Part shown: piece by piece, positions 10,370-23,800 of the stretch
How positions within the stretch are numbered: position 1 is the stretch's first letter
Layout of the letters: each line of letters begins with the position of its first letter
From: Cetorhinus maximus
Lineage: Eukaryota
NCBI RefSeq assembly: GCF_964194155.1
Contig: NC_135891.1
Location: forward strand, 78,120,001 to 78,184,000
Direction of reading: 5' to 3'
DNA length: 64,000 nt
Made by a program: the position numbers and the translations under genes
The notes under the pieces: model-generated
Told to the model about the DNA's origin: nothing
The model's database searches: none
Seen by the model: the letters and a program-made list of their open reading frames with translations, nothing else

Positions 10370-12240
10370 CAGGCGCAGTCTCAATCAATGGGTAGGAATC
10401 AGAGAGTGTTCCAATTAAATCTGGAGTCAGGCAGGGCTGTCCTCTCTTCCCTGTCCTGTTTGTGTGTTGCATAGAACCCTTTGCTGAGGCCATCAGGAAG
10501 GATCTGGGCATAAGTGGAGTGACAATCCCATGCAGTGGAGGCACTCAGGTCAAAGCCTCCCTGTACATGGGCGATGTCGCCGTCTTCTGCTCAGATCCGT
10601 TGTTGGTGTGCAAACTGATCAACATCTGTGAGCATTTTGAACTGGCCTCGGGAGCCAAGGTAAATTGTGGGAAGAGCGAGGCCATGTTCTTTGGGAACTG
10701 GGCTGACCGATCCTTTGTCCCCTTCACCGTCAGGTCAGACGGCCTGAATGTGCTAGGGATATGGTTCAGAGGGACTGGGGCATGCATTAGAAACTGGAAG
10801 GAGCGAGTGTGGAAAGGTGTGGAAAGAAAACTGGGCATGTAGGAGCAACGCTCCCTCTCCATTGCGGGTAAGAACCTAGTCATCAGGCATGAGGCACTCT
10901 CGCTGTTGCTGTACGTGGCGCAGGTTTGGCCCATTCCACACTCCTGCACGATGGCAATCACCTGAACCATCTATTGCTTTATCTGGAGGTTGAAAATGGA
11001 TCGTGTCCACAGGGAAGCGATGTACAAGCCTCTAGATAAAGGGGGAAAAAACGTGCCAAACATCGCCCTCATCCTGATGGCCACCTTTGTGTGCGGCTGC
11101 ATCAAGCTGTGCGTAGATCCTCAGTACGCAAACACCAAGTGTCACTACGTGCTGAGGTTCTACCTGTCCCCGGTGTTGCGAAGGATGGGTCTGGTCACGC
11201 TGCCGCGGAACGCTCCAAGTAGTTGGACCGTGCCGTACCACCTATCCCTCGTGGAAAAATTTATGCAGAGAAACACCTTTGACCACAAGTCCATCAGGCA
11301 GTGGTCGGCACGTAACGTCTTAGAGGCCCTGCAGGAAAAGGAGAGGGTGGATCCTGTGGGATGGTTCCCCGAGCAGACTGTCAAAGTCATTTGGCAGAAT
11401 GCCTCATCGCTGGAGCTTTCCAACAAGCACCAAGATGTAGCTTGGCTGGTGGTGAGAAAGGCCCTCCCCGTCAGGTCCTTCCAACATACCAGGAGTCTCA
11501 CCCCCTCTGCACGTTGCCCTTGAGGTGGCTGTGGTGGGGAAGAGGCTGTTGTTCACATCCTTGTGGAATGTACCTATGCAAAGAAGGTTTGGAGAGAGAT
11601 GCAGTGGTTTTTGTTGAGGTTCATCCCGAGCAGTTCTGTGACACAGGACTCTGTGCTCTACGGGCTGTTCCCAGGGACACACACCGAGACAAACATCAGC
11701 TGCAGCTGGAGGATCATCAACTCGGTGAAAGACACTCTTTGGTCTGTCCGAAACTTGTTGGTCTTCCAGTGCAAAGAGTTGTCCCCAACCAAGTGTTGCA
11801 GACTGGCACATTCCAAATTCCAGGACTACATGCTGAGGGACGCACTAAAGCTTGGGGCAGCCACTGCTAAGGCCCAATGGGGAAAGGTCGTTGTCTAAGA
11901 CCTTTCTGCCATAGTGCACTGAGGGGCTGGGAAAGGTATAGACCCCTCGGGCTGTACGGTTCACAATACATGTATGCATTGAATACTAATTGTATTATAA
12001 TTGTATTGAGGCACCTCAGAGTGCAATATGATGTATGTTGATAACTCCAATACCATTGCACTGCCTGATTGTCTGTAATGACCATATTGAAATGATTGTA
12101 ATATTCATTGATTGTATTGAAGCACCTCATGATCCATGTGTAAAAGTTGAATCTGATTGCACTTTTTGTGATGGTGATTTAGAAATGATTTGTAATGTTC
12201 TTTCAGATATTTTATGAATAAAGTATATTTTTCAAAAAAA
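10370..12240 (+). mobile_element. 5'-truncated Tx1/L1-clade LINE (RT C-half, zf-RVT, 3' UTR, poly(A)), private to the copy 1-2 spacer
   Basis: Motifs CIEPFAEAIRKD, LYMGDV (YMDD-derived), ASGAKVN..KS, and C-terminal CP.GC...HILVEC. AATAAA near 12217 is followed by an A-tail. AACTCAA flanks both sides (10361-10367, 12241-12247). Internal stops are present. The element is absent at the homologous sites near 26620, 44135 and 55175. Confidence 0.85.
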
Positions 12241-13557
12241 AACTCAAGCAAGTTGAGACCAGTATCCTGGTGAATTGAACAGTTATGGTGGTGGGGAGGG
12301 AGCAGATGAAGTTCTAGTCTTCCCCCCAAAGTGGAAACATCCTCCCAGTATCCATCCAATCAATCCCCTCAGGATCTTCTATGTTTCAATAAGGTCACTT
12401 CTCATTCTTTTAAACTCCAATGAATAGAGGCCCAACCTGTTCAACCTTTCTTCATAAGATAAGCTCCTCAACCCAGCAATGAATCGAGGGAACTTTTTCT
12501 GAACTGCTTCGAATGCAATTATATGTTTTTTCAAATAAGGTGACCAAAACTGTACACACTATTCCAGTTGTGGTCTCATCAAGGACCTGTACAGCTGCAG
12601 TAAAACTTTGCTACTTGTATATTCCATTCCTCTTGCAATGAGTCACAGAATCGTTATAACGCAGCATGAGGCCATTTGGCCCATTGTATGTGTACTGGCC
12701 TCTCGACACAGGGCCATCTGTCATTTGTTTCTATGTTGTGCTTTCACAGAGCACTGACCCTTGCTCTGCTATTAACACACTCTGCTCTCTTATCTTTATG
12801 CCACTATCAGCACCTTCTTTACTCTTCACCATGACCATTAACACTCCCTTTGCCTTGTGTCCATGACATCTTTGTCAACCTCTTCTTAGCTGTCACCTAT
12901 CCCTGACCTGCTATCTCATTCCACTTGCTCCACCCCCTCTTTAATAGTATAAAATCCATCATATTTCTACTTCTCTTTATCTCTGACATAGAGTTATACA
13001 GACTCAAAACATTAACTCTGTTTCTCTCTCCACAGATGCTGCCAGACCTGCTGAGTTTTTCCAGCATTTTCTGTTTTTGTTTCAGATTTCCAGCACCACA
13101 GTATTTTGCTTTTATCTTATTGAGATGCAGTGTCTTTCTACTCCAATTGGAAATCATAAAGACTCATTGTCCAATTGAATGAGGCTTGACTCTCAGCCAA
13201 ACAGCCTTTTTTCCCCCAGTTTCAATGTTTTTATATCTGGGATGGAGAAATGTTGAAAGAAAATTTAAAAAGAACTGTGTCTTTTATGATTTGTCTCCAG
13301 GTTTGTACAGCAGTGTCTTGGAGATTGATCTTCAATTTGTGGAGACTCCAGGCCAATCCTGGAGGGTTGGCAACACTACCCTAGAGTAGCGCACTATAGG
13401 GAGATGGTGGTGCCATTATACATCTGTCTATATTTTGCTTTCATATCCCGCAGGGAAGCTCCAAGTGTAACTGTCTATAGTGGAACAGACTTGAGTCCCC
13501 GGGGGTCAGTTGCTAAAGTGTCATTTGGAGCAGGAATCTAGCACTAACCCTGGGGAA

Positions 13558-13673
13558 CCAATGGAGACGGGCTGACGGCTCGGGCTTATTAAACATGCTG
13601 AATACCTTCCCGGGTAACCCGTGGGACAGGGAACCGCCCCAATGGGATTGGCCCCCAGTTCCCGGCTATAAAT
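13558..13673 (+). promoter_or_regulatory. Copy 2 promoter (complete): distal CCAAT, GC box, CCAAT/ATTGG pair, TATA
   Basis: CCAAT 13558-13562, CCAAT-GGG-ATTGG 13639-13651, TATAAAT 13667-13673. Confidence 0.7.
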
Positions 13674-13718
13674 GGGGCTGGTGTGCGGGGATGTGATTAT
13701 CCTGGTTTAGTAACCGAG

Positions 13719-16700
13719 ATGGGACGTTGGGTGTTTTGTTGGTCTCTCTGCTTCTTAGCCGGGTCTTTACTCCCAGCCCAGCCGTTACTTCTCGGGGATG
13801 ATGTTTGTGTCCCAGAGCCAGGCTGGAGATTTGAATGCGGACGCCCCGGGATCAGCAGCAGTGAGTGTACCAGTCAGGGTTGCTGCTTTGACCCGCAGAG
13901 CCCCAATGACCATCCCTGTTTCTACAGTCTGAGAAACAGCCCAGGTAACAAATCCCCTCGCGGTTCTAGGGGAGGGAGGAGAAAATCTAACTTGTAGATC
14001 AGGAGCTGATCCAGGGATTTGTTGCGGTCTCATTGTGTAATAGAGACAGGTAGGAATGGAGGTAGACCTCGGCTAGAGTCCTGACTTGAGGTAGCTGACT
14101 AGCTTGGGCGGATTGCGGTTTCCATAATGAACCTAATTGTTCCTCGTGGGGGGGGGGGGGGGGGAGGGGAGGGGGGGGGGAATTCTTTTTTTTAACTAGT
14201 GAAAACAACCTCGGGCATGAGTAAATGCAAACTCAATGTTTGCAGAAATTCCACAATGAGTGACCCTATACTAATGCTGAAGTATTTATCCCTTTAGAGG
14301 AATCTTAATAGGATATCAGTCCATGGTGGTAGTAAATAGCAAACCTGTGAATTTTTTTCAGCCAATTTTTGGTGTAGGTCACATTTACTGTCATGCTGCT
14401 TGTAGTAATCTATAGATTTCCTAATAGTGAGGTATGGAAGGGAAATCACAGGGGTGCAACAATGGTGATGTTTGGAGACTTTATAATGTTACACTTTAAT
14501 TTTCCAAATATTTTTCAAGTAATAAAGGGGAGGAATTTCTGTTCTGTGTTCAGGAGAACTAACTCAAATAGACCAGGTGCTGCTGGGGCAGGAAAAAGAG
14601 CTGGGTCAATTGGGCAGTGTCTCTGGGGAGCATTTGGAAAAGAGTGATCATTGCATCACAGGGTTAAGATTAATAATGACAAATGAGGAACAATCTAATG
14701 CAGAACTTAAAAATTGGATTAGAGCAAACTTCAAACAGTGAGGAAAGATGGAACTAGAGAATGACAGGAAAATTTAACAGAAGAAAGGGTGATCTTCAAG
14801 GATGTGATGCTTCTGGTGCATGCTAGGTGCATTCTAAAAACAGGGTAAGGGAGCCAAAAGTGGCTGTTTGGATGATGGCGATTAGAGGGTATATGATGCA
14901 TGTTGGGTGACTTTTGTTTCAAAAGTCCTATTCAGTAGGTTGAGGTGAGGAGGAGAAATGAGGCATTGAGAATAGAATGGCAGTCAATTTAGAATGTGCT
15001 CTGATCTTTTACCAGCAATTAAATAGTAAGAGGGTAGTGCCTCTGTGCTTAGGTGCAGAGCAAAGCTAGGATTCTTGAATACAATACAAAGTACTCACTT
15101 AAAGAGGAATCTCTTTGAATATTGGTAGAAGTGGAGGCAATGGATAATGTGGAAATTGAAAGGGAGGAGGTACTGGAAAGGTTGGCTATCCTTAAAATGT
15201 TAAGTCACCTTGTCAGATGACTTGCATCCTGGGTTGTTAAAGGAAATGGAGGTGGGGACATATCATGGTAAACCCTTTCACTTTTGATCCCCTAAATCTG
15301 GGTAGATGTTGGAATGTGATGCCCTTATTCTGTAAGTCTAAGTCACTACATGACAATTAAAATAACAACATAATTTAATTTTTTCTTGATTAAAGATTCC
15401 AAAACCTTAACAGATGCTTGGTGAGGCTGGCAATTAAGGAGAAATGGCCTTTATGGGGTAAAAAGGCAGTTTGTGTTTGAGGGAGTGTAGTGAATGCTGA
15501 CCATAGATTTTAAGAAAGCATTTGACAAAAGGCTGGGTAATGAAGAATAGGATCTTCTGGAAGAAGTCAGCAGAATGGGCAGAGAAGTGGCAGATGGAAT
15601 TTTAAGTGAAGTTGTGCATTTTGGCAAATAAGGAGAGGCAATTCAGAAGTGTGGGGACTTGGGGAAGGGGGTGCACGTGAAGCTATTGATGACAGGGTGT
15701 AGAGTAGTTGGGATCTTGGGCTTTGCTTCCCAAAATCAGGTAAGTTGTGATGAACCTTCACAAGGCTCTGGTTAGGCCACAACTAGTCTAGTTTTACAGA
15801 GCATGTGAAGGTTCTTAGTGGTGCAGAGGTGACTTAACTAAGATGCAGGGTGGCTTGTAGCAAAAGATACTGGTGTGGGGATTTTGGGTGTACAAGGCTG
15901 ATGGGCCCAGATAAGGTAGACCAGAGGACTGGTTCCATAAACTGATTACCAAGGACTAGGGGCATAGATTTAGAATCTTGGTCAAGTGATTGAGGAAGTT
16001 TTTATTTATGCAGCAAGTGGTGGTGCCCTGGAACCCTGCCTGCAAGGGTGGTGGAAGCAGCAAATACTTTTCTTTTTAGAAGAAATTTGGATGGGCACTA
16101 GGGGATCAAGCTGGGGAGTGGGACTAACTGCACCATGGGAAGCTGGCATGGATTTGATGAGCTGAATGGTCTCCTGTGCTGTAAGTGACTCATGACCTTG
16201 TGACTCTTCAGTTGAAATGAAGTTAGCTTGTACAACTGGTAATGTCTCATATTGAGAAGTCTATGGTACTTCAAGGCACTGCAGATTGGTTCAGCTGAGT
16301 CACTGCATTAAGATGGAAAGTTTGAGAACACTAATGACTCTGCAGGCTTCACAATTTTATTAAATTTTCCACTCCAATGTCAATCACAATGGAAACTTGG
16401 TACCTTTGCAGGGGTGGAGGAGAGAGCTGTTTTCAGTGAAACTTTGCCTTTTCTTCACTGCCCACCAGCTCTTGCTTGGGGAGGGGTGTTTGTTTATCCA
16501 ACATTGGAGCAGAGCTGTGCTAGCTGCCAATATCTGGATTTCTTGTGTGCCACATATATCCTTGCTCACTCCTCCAATTAAAGCAATTAAGTTGAAAGAG
16601 GACTAGATGAGCTATTTGTGGCCGTGACTGAATCCCCCACTGATCTGAGGCCCCTAACCACCAATAGGAGCAGTGGAAATGAATTTTCATTCCTTTTTGC

Positions 16701-19700
16701 AGTGTGCACAGCAGATGGTCAGTTCATCATAGTGATCTCCAAGAATCTGACCCGTCCTGCCCTCAACCTGTCGTCTCTGTATGTGAAAGATGGACAAGAA
16801 GCTGAGTGCAGGCCTAAACTAACCACTGGGCAACTTGTGGCCTTCCGCTTTCCAATCATCTCTTGTGGCTCAAGCAAGTGGGTGAGTATTGAAGGGCCAA
16901 GCATTCTCCCAGTAAATGAGGCAGCTTCCTATTAAACAGTGTCCTCATTACAGGAGGGAAATGGAACCTTGGTGTATGAAACGGCTGTCTTGGGGAAGAG
17001 GATGATTCAGACTGGGAAGCTGGGCTCAATAACCCGGGACAGCACCTTCCGGTAGGAGGATGGTGGGAGATGTTAGTAAGGGGTGGGGAGGGTCTGATAA
17101 TGCATGAAGCTCAACTACTACTGTTTCTGTGCAGCCTGAATGTCCAGTGCAAGTACAAGGGGAGGCAGGAAACAGGCTTGCAGGTCAATGTCACAGTTTA
17201 CACTGTTTCTCCTCCACCTCCTGCTTCTGAAGATGGGATTTTGAAACTGGAACTGCAAATGGCAAAAGGTAGAGCTGCCCTGGGTAATGGTGAATGGAAG
17301 CACTGGGAATGTATCCATACAGGGAGTGACTAGTCCTTGTGTCTGCCTTTCAGGTGGTGATTACAGATCCTGGTATGTAGATAGTGACTACCCCATCCAG
17401 CATGTTCTTCAGGACCCAGTGTTTGTGGAGGTTCGTGTCCTTGATCGCACGGACCCAATGATTGTCCTGAGGTTGCGTGACTGCTGGGCAACTCCTGTCC
17501 CAGCCCCAAACCATGAGGTGCAATGGAGTCTACTGGTGGATGGGTAAGGAATATGAATGGAAAGGCTAATGTTTAAGTTCATAGTAATAATGGATAAAAC
17601 ATGCCCTAAATCTGAGCAATATGATAAGACTGCTTCTTACTCCAGTCACCTGGCAGATTCAAAACTGAGGGCCAATGAATGCATAGGACAATTGAATCCA
17701 GTTGAGGAGGCTAAATGAGCCACATTTGGCCAAATGGTAAAGAAACTTGCCTTCTAATTGATGGCATGTTCCCCTGTCAGGAACCAGTGTCATGTTGTGA
17801 TTTGCAGAGCCAGCACCCATTGTGCCAGCCAGCAGTGTATTCCAGAAGCTCTGCTCCTTGGCAAGATGGGAGAAGCATTCTGTCTATTCCTAATTCTATA
17901 TGTCTTCTAGCAATCAGACATCCTACAACCCTTTATTGCCACAAGGCTACACTTTTCAGGAATGAATAGTCACTGATCTGAGTGTAGCTAAGGTTCCTTA
18001 AATTGGTTATTGTACAGACCTCCTGATAGGTTGTACCCTCTGAAAGTGGTTCTAGTACTCCAGACATCATTGTAAATGAAAGGTATCCCTTAGTTGTGTT
18101 CTATAACTTCAGTAATAGAATTGAATACATTTTGTTTTGGCTCTAGGTTATCTCCATGAGTCATGAACATTGCTGTCCTTCAGTATTATTCCACTACACT
18201 GGGAGAGCCAAATGAGTAACCCAGCTTAGAACAATAAAGGAAACTAATTGGAAAACTTTTCATGAAAGAATGGGCTCAACTCTGGAGCTCTTGTCACCAG
18301 TGCCCAAAACTGCCTTTGAGCTCCTATCAATAGATCAGATACCTGTTTCCCAGCTCACTGACTGAACCCTCCTGTTACAGGTGCCCCTATGAGGGTGATG
18401 AGTATCAGACTCTCCTACACCCAGTGGATGTGTTTTCTGGCCTCGTGTTCCCAACTCATCACAAGCGGTTTGAAGTGAAGACTTTTGTTTTCTTGGATGG
18501 AGAGTCTGAGCAGCCTCTCTCTGAACAGGTAACCAAATTGAATGAAGTCAACCAATTGCTCCCTTATTGGCTACTGGCTTGTTTTGACTAACAGCCTGGT
18601 TCTATCTAGACAAAGCTCACTCTAAATTAACTCCTTGCCTTCTAGGTTTACCTGCATTGCAGTGCTGATGTTTGCTCTCCTTCTGCTGAGGATGACTGCA
18701 CACCCAAATGTGGCCCAAGTGAGTTCCTTTGTTTTAATCTCTTATTGAATCAGGCTTACCTCAGCCTCCTTAAAGCCAAACTTCCCTTTGAGGTGTCTAG
18801 TGTCCTGTGACTAGGGGTTTCTCTTCAACCCCTCCCAATGTGAACAGATAGGAACATAGAATAATAGAAAATAGGAGCAGATGTATGCCCTTTGAGCCTG
18901 CTCTGCCATGCATTACGATCATGGCTGATACAACTCAATAGCCTGCTCCCACTTTCTCCCCATATCCTTTGATCCCTTTTGCCCCAAGAGCTATATCTAA
19001 CTCCTTGAAAAGATGCAATGTTTTGGCCTCTAATACTATCTGTGGTAGTGAATTCCACAAGCTCACTACTCTCTAGGTTAAGAAATTTCTCATCTCAGTC
19101 CTAAATGGTCTACCCCATATCATCAGACTGATCCTGGTTCTGGACTCCCCCACCATTGGGAACATCCTTCCTGCATCTACCCTGTTTAGTCCTGTTAGAA
19201 TTTTATAGGTTTCTGAGATTCCCCTTATTCTTAACTCCAGTGAATACAATCCTAACTGACTCATTCTCTCCTCATATGTCTGTCCTGACATCCCAGGAAT
19301 CAGTCTGCATAGGGGTTTCTCCTTGATCCCTCCCACTGAACAGATCCTCCAAAGGGAAGTGCCTTTCTATAAATGGGTGTTTGAGCTACTTGGAAACTCT
19401 GGAGCCTGACTGTATCCCTCTTGATGCCCATTTGTTGCAAACATAGGCCTGGTCAGCACAAAGCAGGGGTGCCACTAACCTCAAGATCCTAGTTGGAGAT
19501 CTAGCAATCCATAATGAAGAATAATCCATGCATGCTAAAAGATGTATAGTGTTCTTAATGGATTCCCAGCATGGAGCTGTGGTGTCATTAATACATAAGC
19601 AATCTCAACTTTGAATTAAATGCTTTAGAACAAAGACCAGAATAGAACTTTGATATTTCAGCTTCTACATTCAATCAACAGGCCTTTAACAGTAATCCAG

Positions 19701-20407
19701 AATCTTCCAGGCAAGTTTGTTCATCAGTTATTCCTCAACATTACACCTCTTGAAGCTTAACTATAGTTTCTAATGGCAATGATGGTGAGAAAGCTCTCAC
19801 CAGAATGGAGTTCATTGCTTGGTCAGTGTAGTGTGGCAGAATGGTGAATGACAGATGTGATTTCTTTCTTCTGCACTTGCAGTAAAACTGCAGTTGTGCT
19901 CAGATTGAGGGCTAAGCACTTGTTGTCAAACTCTGCAAATTGCCAACTTTGAGTAGGGAGTGTAGATAATTTCTTTTCAACTTTGCTTAGATACTCAAAT
20001 CACATGCTGTTTGCTAGTTCTCCCTCTTAGGAGATTGGTATCTGAATTGGGTCAGGACTTTACTAACTTCTCTTTCCAATAGAGAGACGCAGGAGTACCA
20101 GTGACCATGAGGGAATATTAGTGAGTGCTCCTGGTCCTATCATTTTCCTGGAAGACCATCATCTTTCTTCAGAACTGCATGAAGCAAATGGTAAGTAGAG
20201 CACTTTTCACTAGGTCACCTGTGAACTCTCTCAGATATAATGTCTTCTAATCTCCCAATAGGTGCTGCTGAGTCTCCTTCTTGGGTTCTACAAGGAGCAG
20301 CTGTTGGCTTCATGATAGTGTCTCTGTCCCTGCTGGTGGTGATGGCTGCCGTGTATATGAAAAGACCAAAAGCTGTTGTGTCTCAATGTAGTGAAATTGA
20401 ACTGTAG
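13719..20407 (+). CDS. ZP4: Zona pellucida sperm-binding protein 4-like (ZPB class: trefoil + ZP module + TM), copy 2, intact, 433 aa
   Basis: Exons 13719-13944, 16703-16881, 16954-17051, 17135-17268, 17354-17543, 18381-18528, 18646-18718, 20083-20190, 20262-20407 sum to 1302 nt, open throughout. Signal peptide MGRWVFCWSLCFLAGS; six-Cys trefoil (CVPEPGWRFECGRPGISSSECTSQGCCFD...CFY); ZP motifs VCTADGQF, SCGS, GSITRDSTFRL, DPVFVEVRVLDRTDP, DCWATP, QWSLLVDGCPY, KRFEVKTFVF, VYLHCSADVC; furin site KRRR; EHP VSAPGPIIFL; TM AVGFMIVSLSLLVVMAAVYM. The ZP4 versus ZP1 label is a best guess. Confidence 0.9.
18850..19307 (-). mobile_element. CR1-type LINE 3' end in copy 2 intron 7 (remnant of the insertion that is long in copy 3)
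   Basis: Same left junction (...tgtgaacagat|ag.aacatagaataatagaaaata) and collinear sequence with 32624 onward. The minus ORF reads LIPGMSGQTYEERMSQLGLYSLE. Confidence 0.85.
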
Positions 20408-20413
20408 ATCCTG

Positions 20414-20419
20414 AATAAA
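20414..20419 (+). terminator. Polyadenylation signal, copy 2
   Basis: AATAAA just after the stop codon, with a second AATAAA immediately downstream. Confidence 0.65.
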
Positions 20420-20860
20420 AATAAACCAAAGACAAATGTGCCTTGAGGTGTTTGTGATTGATGAAATATGGAGTATCAAGGGTTAACTAAACAAATGGTG
20501 TTGAATGGAATCTCCCTAATGAGAAGGATATGATGGAAACTGATGCTAAACTGTCAGACATAACAGCTAATCTAACCTACAGCATCTAGTTTTTTTGGCT
20601 GGCAAAAGGTACTTTAAATTGTTAAGGATGTCAGTTAGGCTTTTGTACACTTTTTTTTTTGCTTGTAGATTAGGCCTTTGAGATTTAGGTCTAGGAAAGA
20701 ATGCATGTGCCTTTTTTCCACAAGTGTAGCACCCAATAAAATCATTTAGACATGCTGCAGCAGCTAGTGCATGAGGAATGCTCTCTACAGGAGGAAATGA
20801 GACTTTCAGGAAGGAAGATTAGGTAATGTAAGTTACACACTAACCTTGCCTCTACATCAG

Positions 20861-23800
20861 TCAGTCATAAGAGGTCTATGGCAGAAAAAGTTCAGTCCAA
20901 GTGTGTGCCAGTGAAACAAGTGCCAACTATTCTAATTCCATTTTCCTGCACTAGGCATAATTACACATCCAAATACTTAAATGTTATGAGGGTTTCTGCC
21001 TCTCCCACCCTTTCAGGCAGTGAGTTCAAGATTCTCACCACCCTCTGGGTGAAAAAATTCTTCCTCACATCCCCTCTAAACCTCCTGCTCTTCACCTTAA
21101 ATCTATGCCCCCTGGTTATTGATCCTGCCACCAAGGGGTAAAGTTCCTTCCTTTCTACCCTATGACCCTCATAATTTAATATCCTGCCCCCTGAAATCTC
21201 CTCTGCTCCAAGGAAAATTACCACAGTCCACCCAACCCCTACTCATAACTAAAACTCTCCAGCCCAGGCAACATCTTAGTAAATCTACTTTGCACTCTCT
21301 AGTGCAATCACATCCTTTTTTATAATGCAGATTCTGGAATTGCATGCAATACTCCAGCTGTGGCCTAACCTGTGTTTTATACAGTTCCAGCATAACCTCC
21401 TGCTTTAATATTCTATGCCTCAGCTAATACAGGCAAGTATTCCAGATGTGTTCAACAACTTATCTACCTGTCACCCTACCTTAAGGGACTGTGGAGGCCC
21501 CTCTGATCCTTGCTACTTTCCAGGATCCTAACATTCATGTATTCCCATGTCTTGTTTATCCTGCCCAAATGCATCACCTCACATTTATCCTGATTAAATT
21601 CCATTTGCCACTGATCAACCCACCTGACCATTACCTCCTGTAATCTAAGGCTATCCTCCGCTATCACACAACAAATTTTCATGTCATCCGTGAGCTTACT
21701 GATCCTCTGACATTCAAGTCTAAATCATTTATTTATATATAATCAAACAGCAAGGGACCAAACGCCAATCCCTGTAGAGCCCCACTGGACACAGGCATCC
21801 AGTTGCAAAAACATCCCTTGACCATCATCCTCTGCTTCCTGTTACTCTGCCAATTCTGGGGCCATGGGCTCTTACCTTCGTTAACTGTCTCCTATGTTTG
21901 ACCTTATTAAAAGCCTTGCTGAAGTCAAAGCAGACTACATGAAATGTATTGCCCTCATCTGCACACTTGGTCACTTCTTTGAAAAATTCAGTCAAACTGG
22001 TAAGACATGACCTCCCCTTAAAACCATGCTGACTGTGCTAGATTAATCCCTGCCTCTCCAAGTGTAGGATAATTCTGTTGCTCAGGATTGTTTCCAATAT
22101 TTTCCCCACTGCTGAGATTAGACTGACTGGCCTGTAGTTCTCTGGTTTATCACTTCCTCCCTCCTTGAATAATGGTACCACATTGGCTGTTCTCCAGTCC
22201 TCTGGCACCTCTCCTGTGGCTAGAGAGGTATTGAAAATTATTGCCAGCACCCCTGCTACCTCCTCCCTTGCCTCACTCAACAGCCTGGGATACATTTCAT
22301 CTGGGTCTGGAGATTTATCTACTTTTAAGCTTGTCAGACCACTTGGAACCTCCTCCCTTTCTATGCTAATTTCTTTAATTATATCACACTCCTTCTGCCT
22401 GATTTCCCTACCCACGTCATCCCTTTCACTTGTGAACACTGACACAAAGTATTCATTTAGAACCCTACCTACGTCTCCCAACTCCCCACATAAATTACCA
22501 CTATGGTCCTTAGTGGGCCCTACACTTGCCCTAGTTATCCTCTTACTCTTAATATACTTGTAAAATAACCTTGGATTTTCCTTTATTTTACCTGCCAATG
22601 TTATTTCATGCCCCCTTTTTGCTCTCCTAATTTCCTTTTGAAGCTCCCCATACACGTTCTACGCTCCTCAGGCTTCTGTTGTTTTGAGCCCTCAGTATCT
22701 GCCATAAGTTTCTCTTTTTCCAATCCTGTATATCCCTCGACATCCAGGGTTCCCTGGATTTGTCGGTCCCACCCTTTATCTTTACTGGAATATGTTGGCC
22801 CTGTACTCTCCCCACTTCCTTCTTGAATGAATCCTACTGCTCTGATGCAGATTTACCTAAAGGTAGCTGTTCCCAGTCCACTCTGGCCAAATCATATCCG
22901 ATCTTATTAAAATTGGCCTGCCCCCAATTTAGAACTCTGATTTCAGGCCCATCTGTGTCCTTTTCCACAACAGCCTTGAATCTAATGGAGTTATGATCAC
23001 TATCTGGAAAATGCTTCCCCCACTGATACCTCTACCACTTGCCTGGCTTCATTCCCTAAAATTAAGTCCAGGACCGCCTCCTCTCTTGTCGAACATTCTA
23101 CGTACTGGCTTAAAAAGCTCTGCTGGATGCATTTTAAGAATTCCGCTCCCTCTAAACCTATCACACTATGACTAACCCAATTAATGTTGGGGAAGTTGAA
23201 ATCCCCCACTATTACTACCCTATTATTTTTACACTTCTGAAATTTGCCTACATATCTGCTCTTTTATTTCTCTGACTGTTTGGGGGGGCCTATAGTGCAC
23301 GCCCAGCAATGTGATTGCTTCTCTTTCGTTCCCAGTTCTACCCATATGGCTTCATTTGAGGAGCCTTCTAAGATATCATCCCTTCTTACTGCTGTAATTG
23401 ATTCCTTCATAAATATTGTGATAACCCCTCCTCACCTGAAGACCCTATATCCTGGAATATTGAGCTACCAATCCTGCTCCTCTCTCAACCATGTCTCCAT
23501 GACAGCAATTTCATCATACTTCCCTGTGTGAATTTGTGCCCTCAACTCATTTGCTTTATTCATCAGACTCCTTGCATTAAAGTAAAGACCATCCACCCTT
23601 GCCAAACTCCCTTGTGCCTTAACTGGCCTATAATTTCTATGCCTTCCAGACTCACTTGCTCCCTTTTCTAATTATGGCTGTACATCTCCCCCTGCTGAAT
23701 CTCCTCTCAGGATCCCATTCCCCTGCCAAGTTAGTTTAAACCCTCCCGAACAGCACTAGCAAACCTGCCGCAAGGATGTCGGAACCATTCCGGTTCAGGT

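Noticed and set aside
10462-11898. Active or domesticated reverse transcriptase gene
   Set aside because: 5'-truncated, the catalytic YMDD reads YMGD, and there are several in-frame stops.
14148-14180. Long poly-G tract in copy 2 intron 1
   Set aside because: An expansion of a short G-run present in all copies. Homopolymer length is unreliable and there is no evidence of function.
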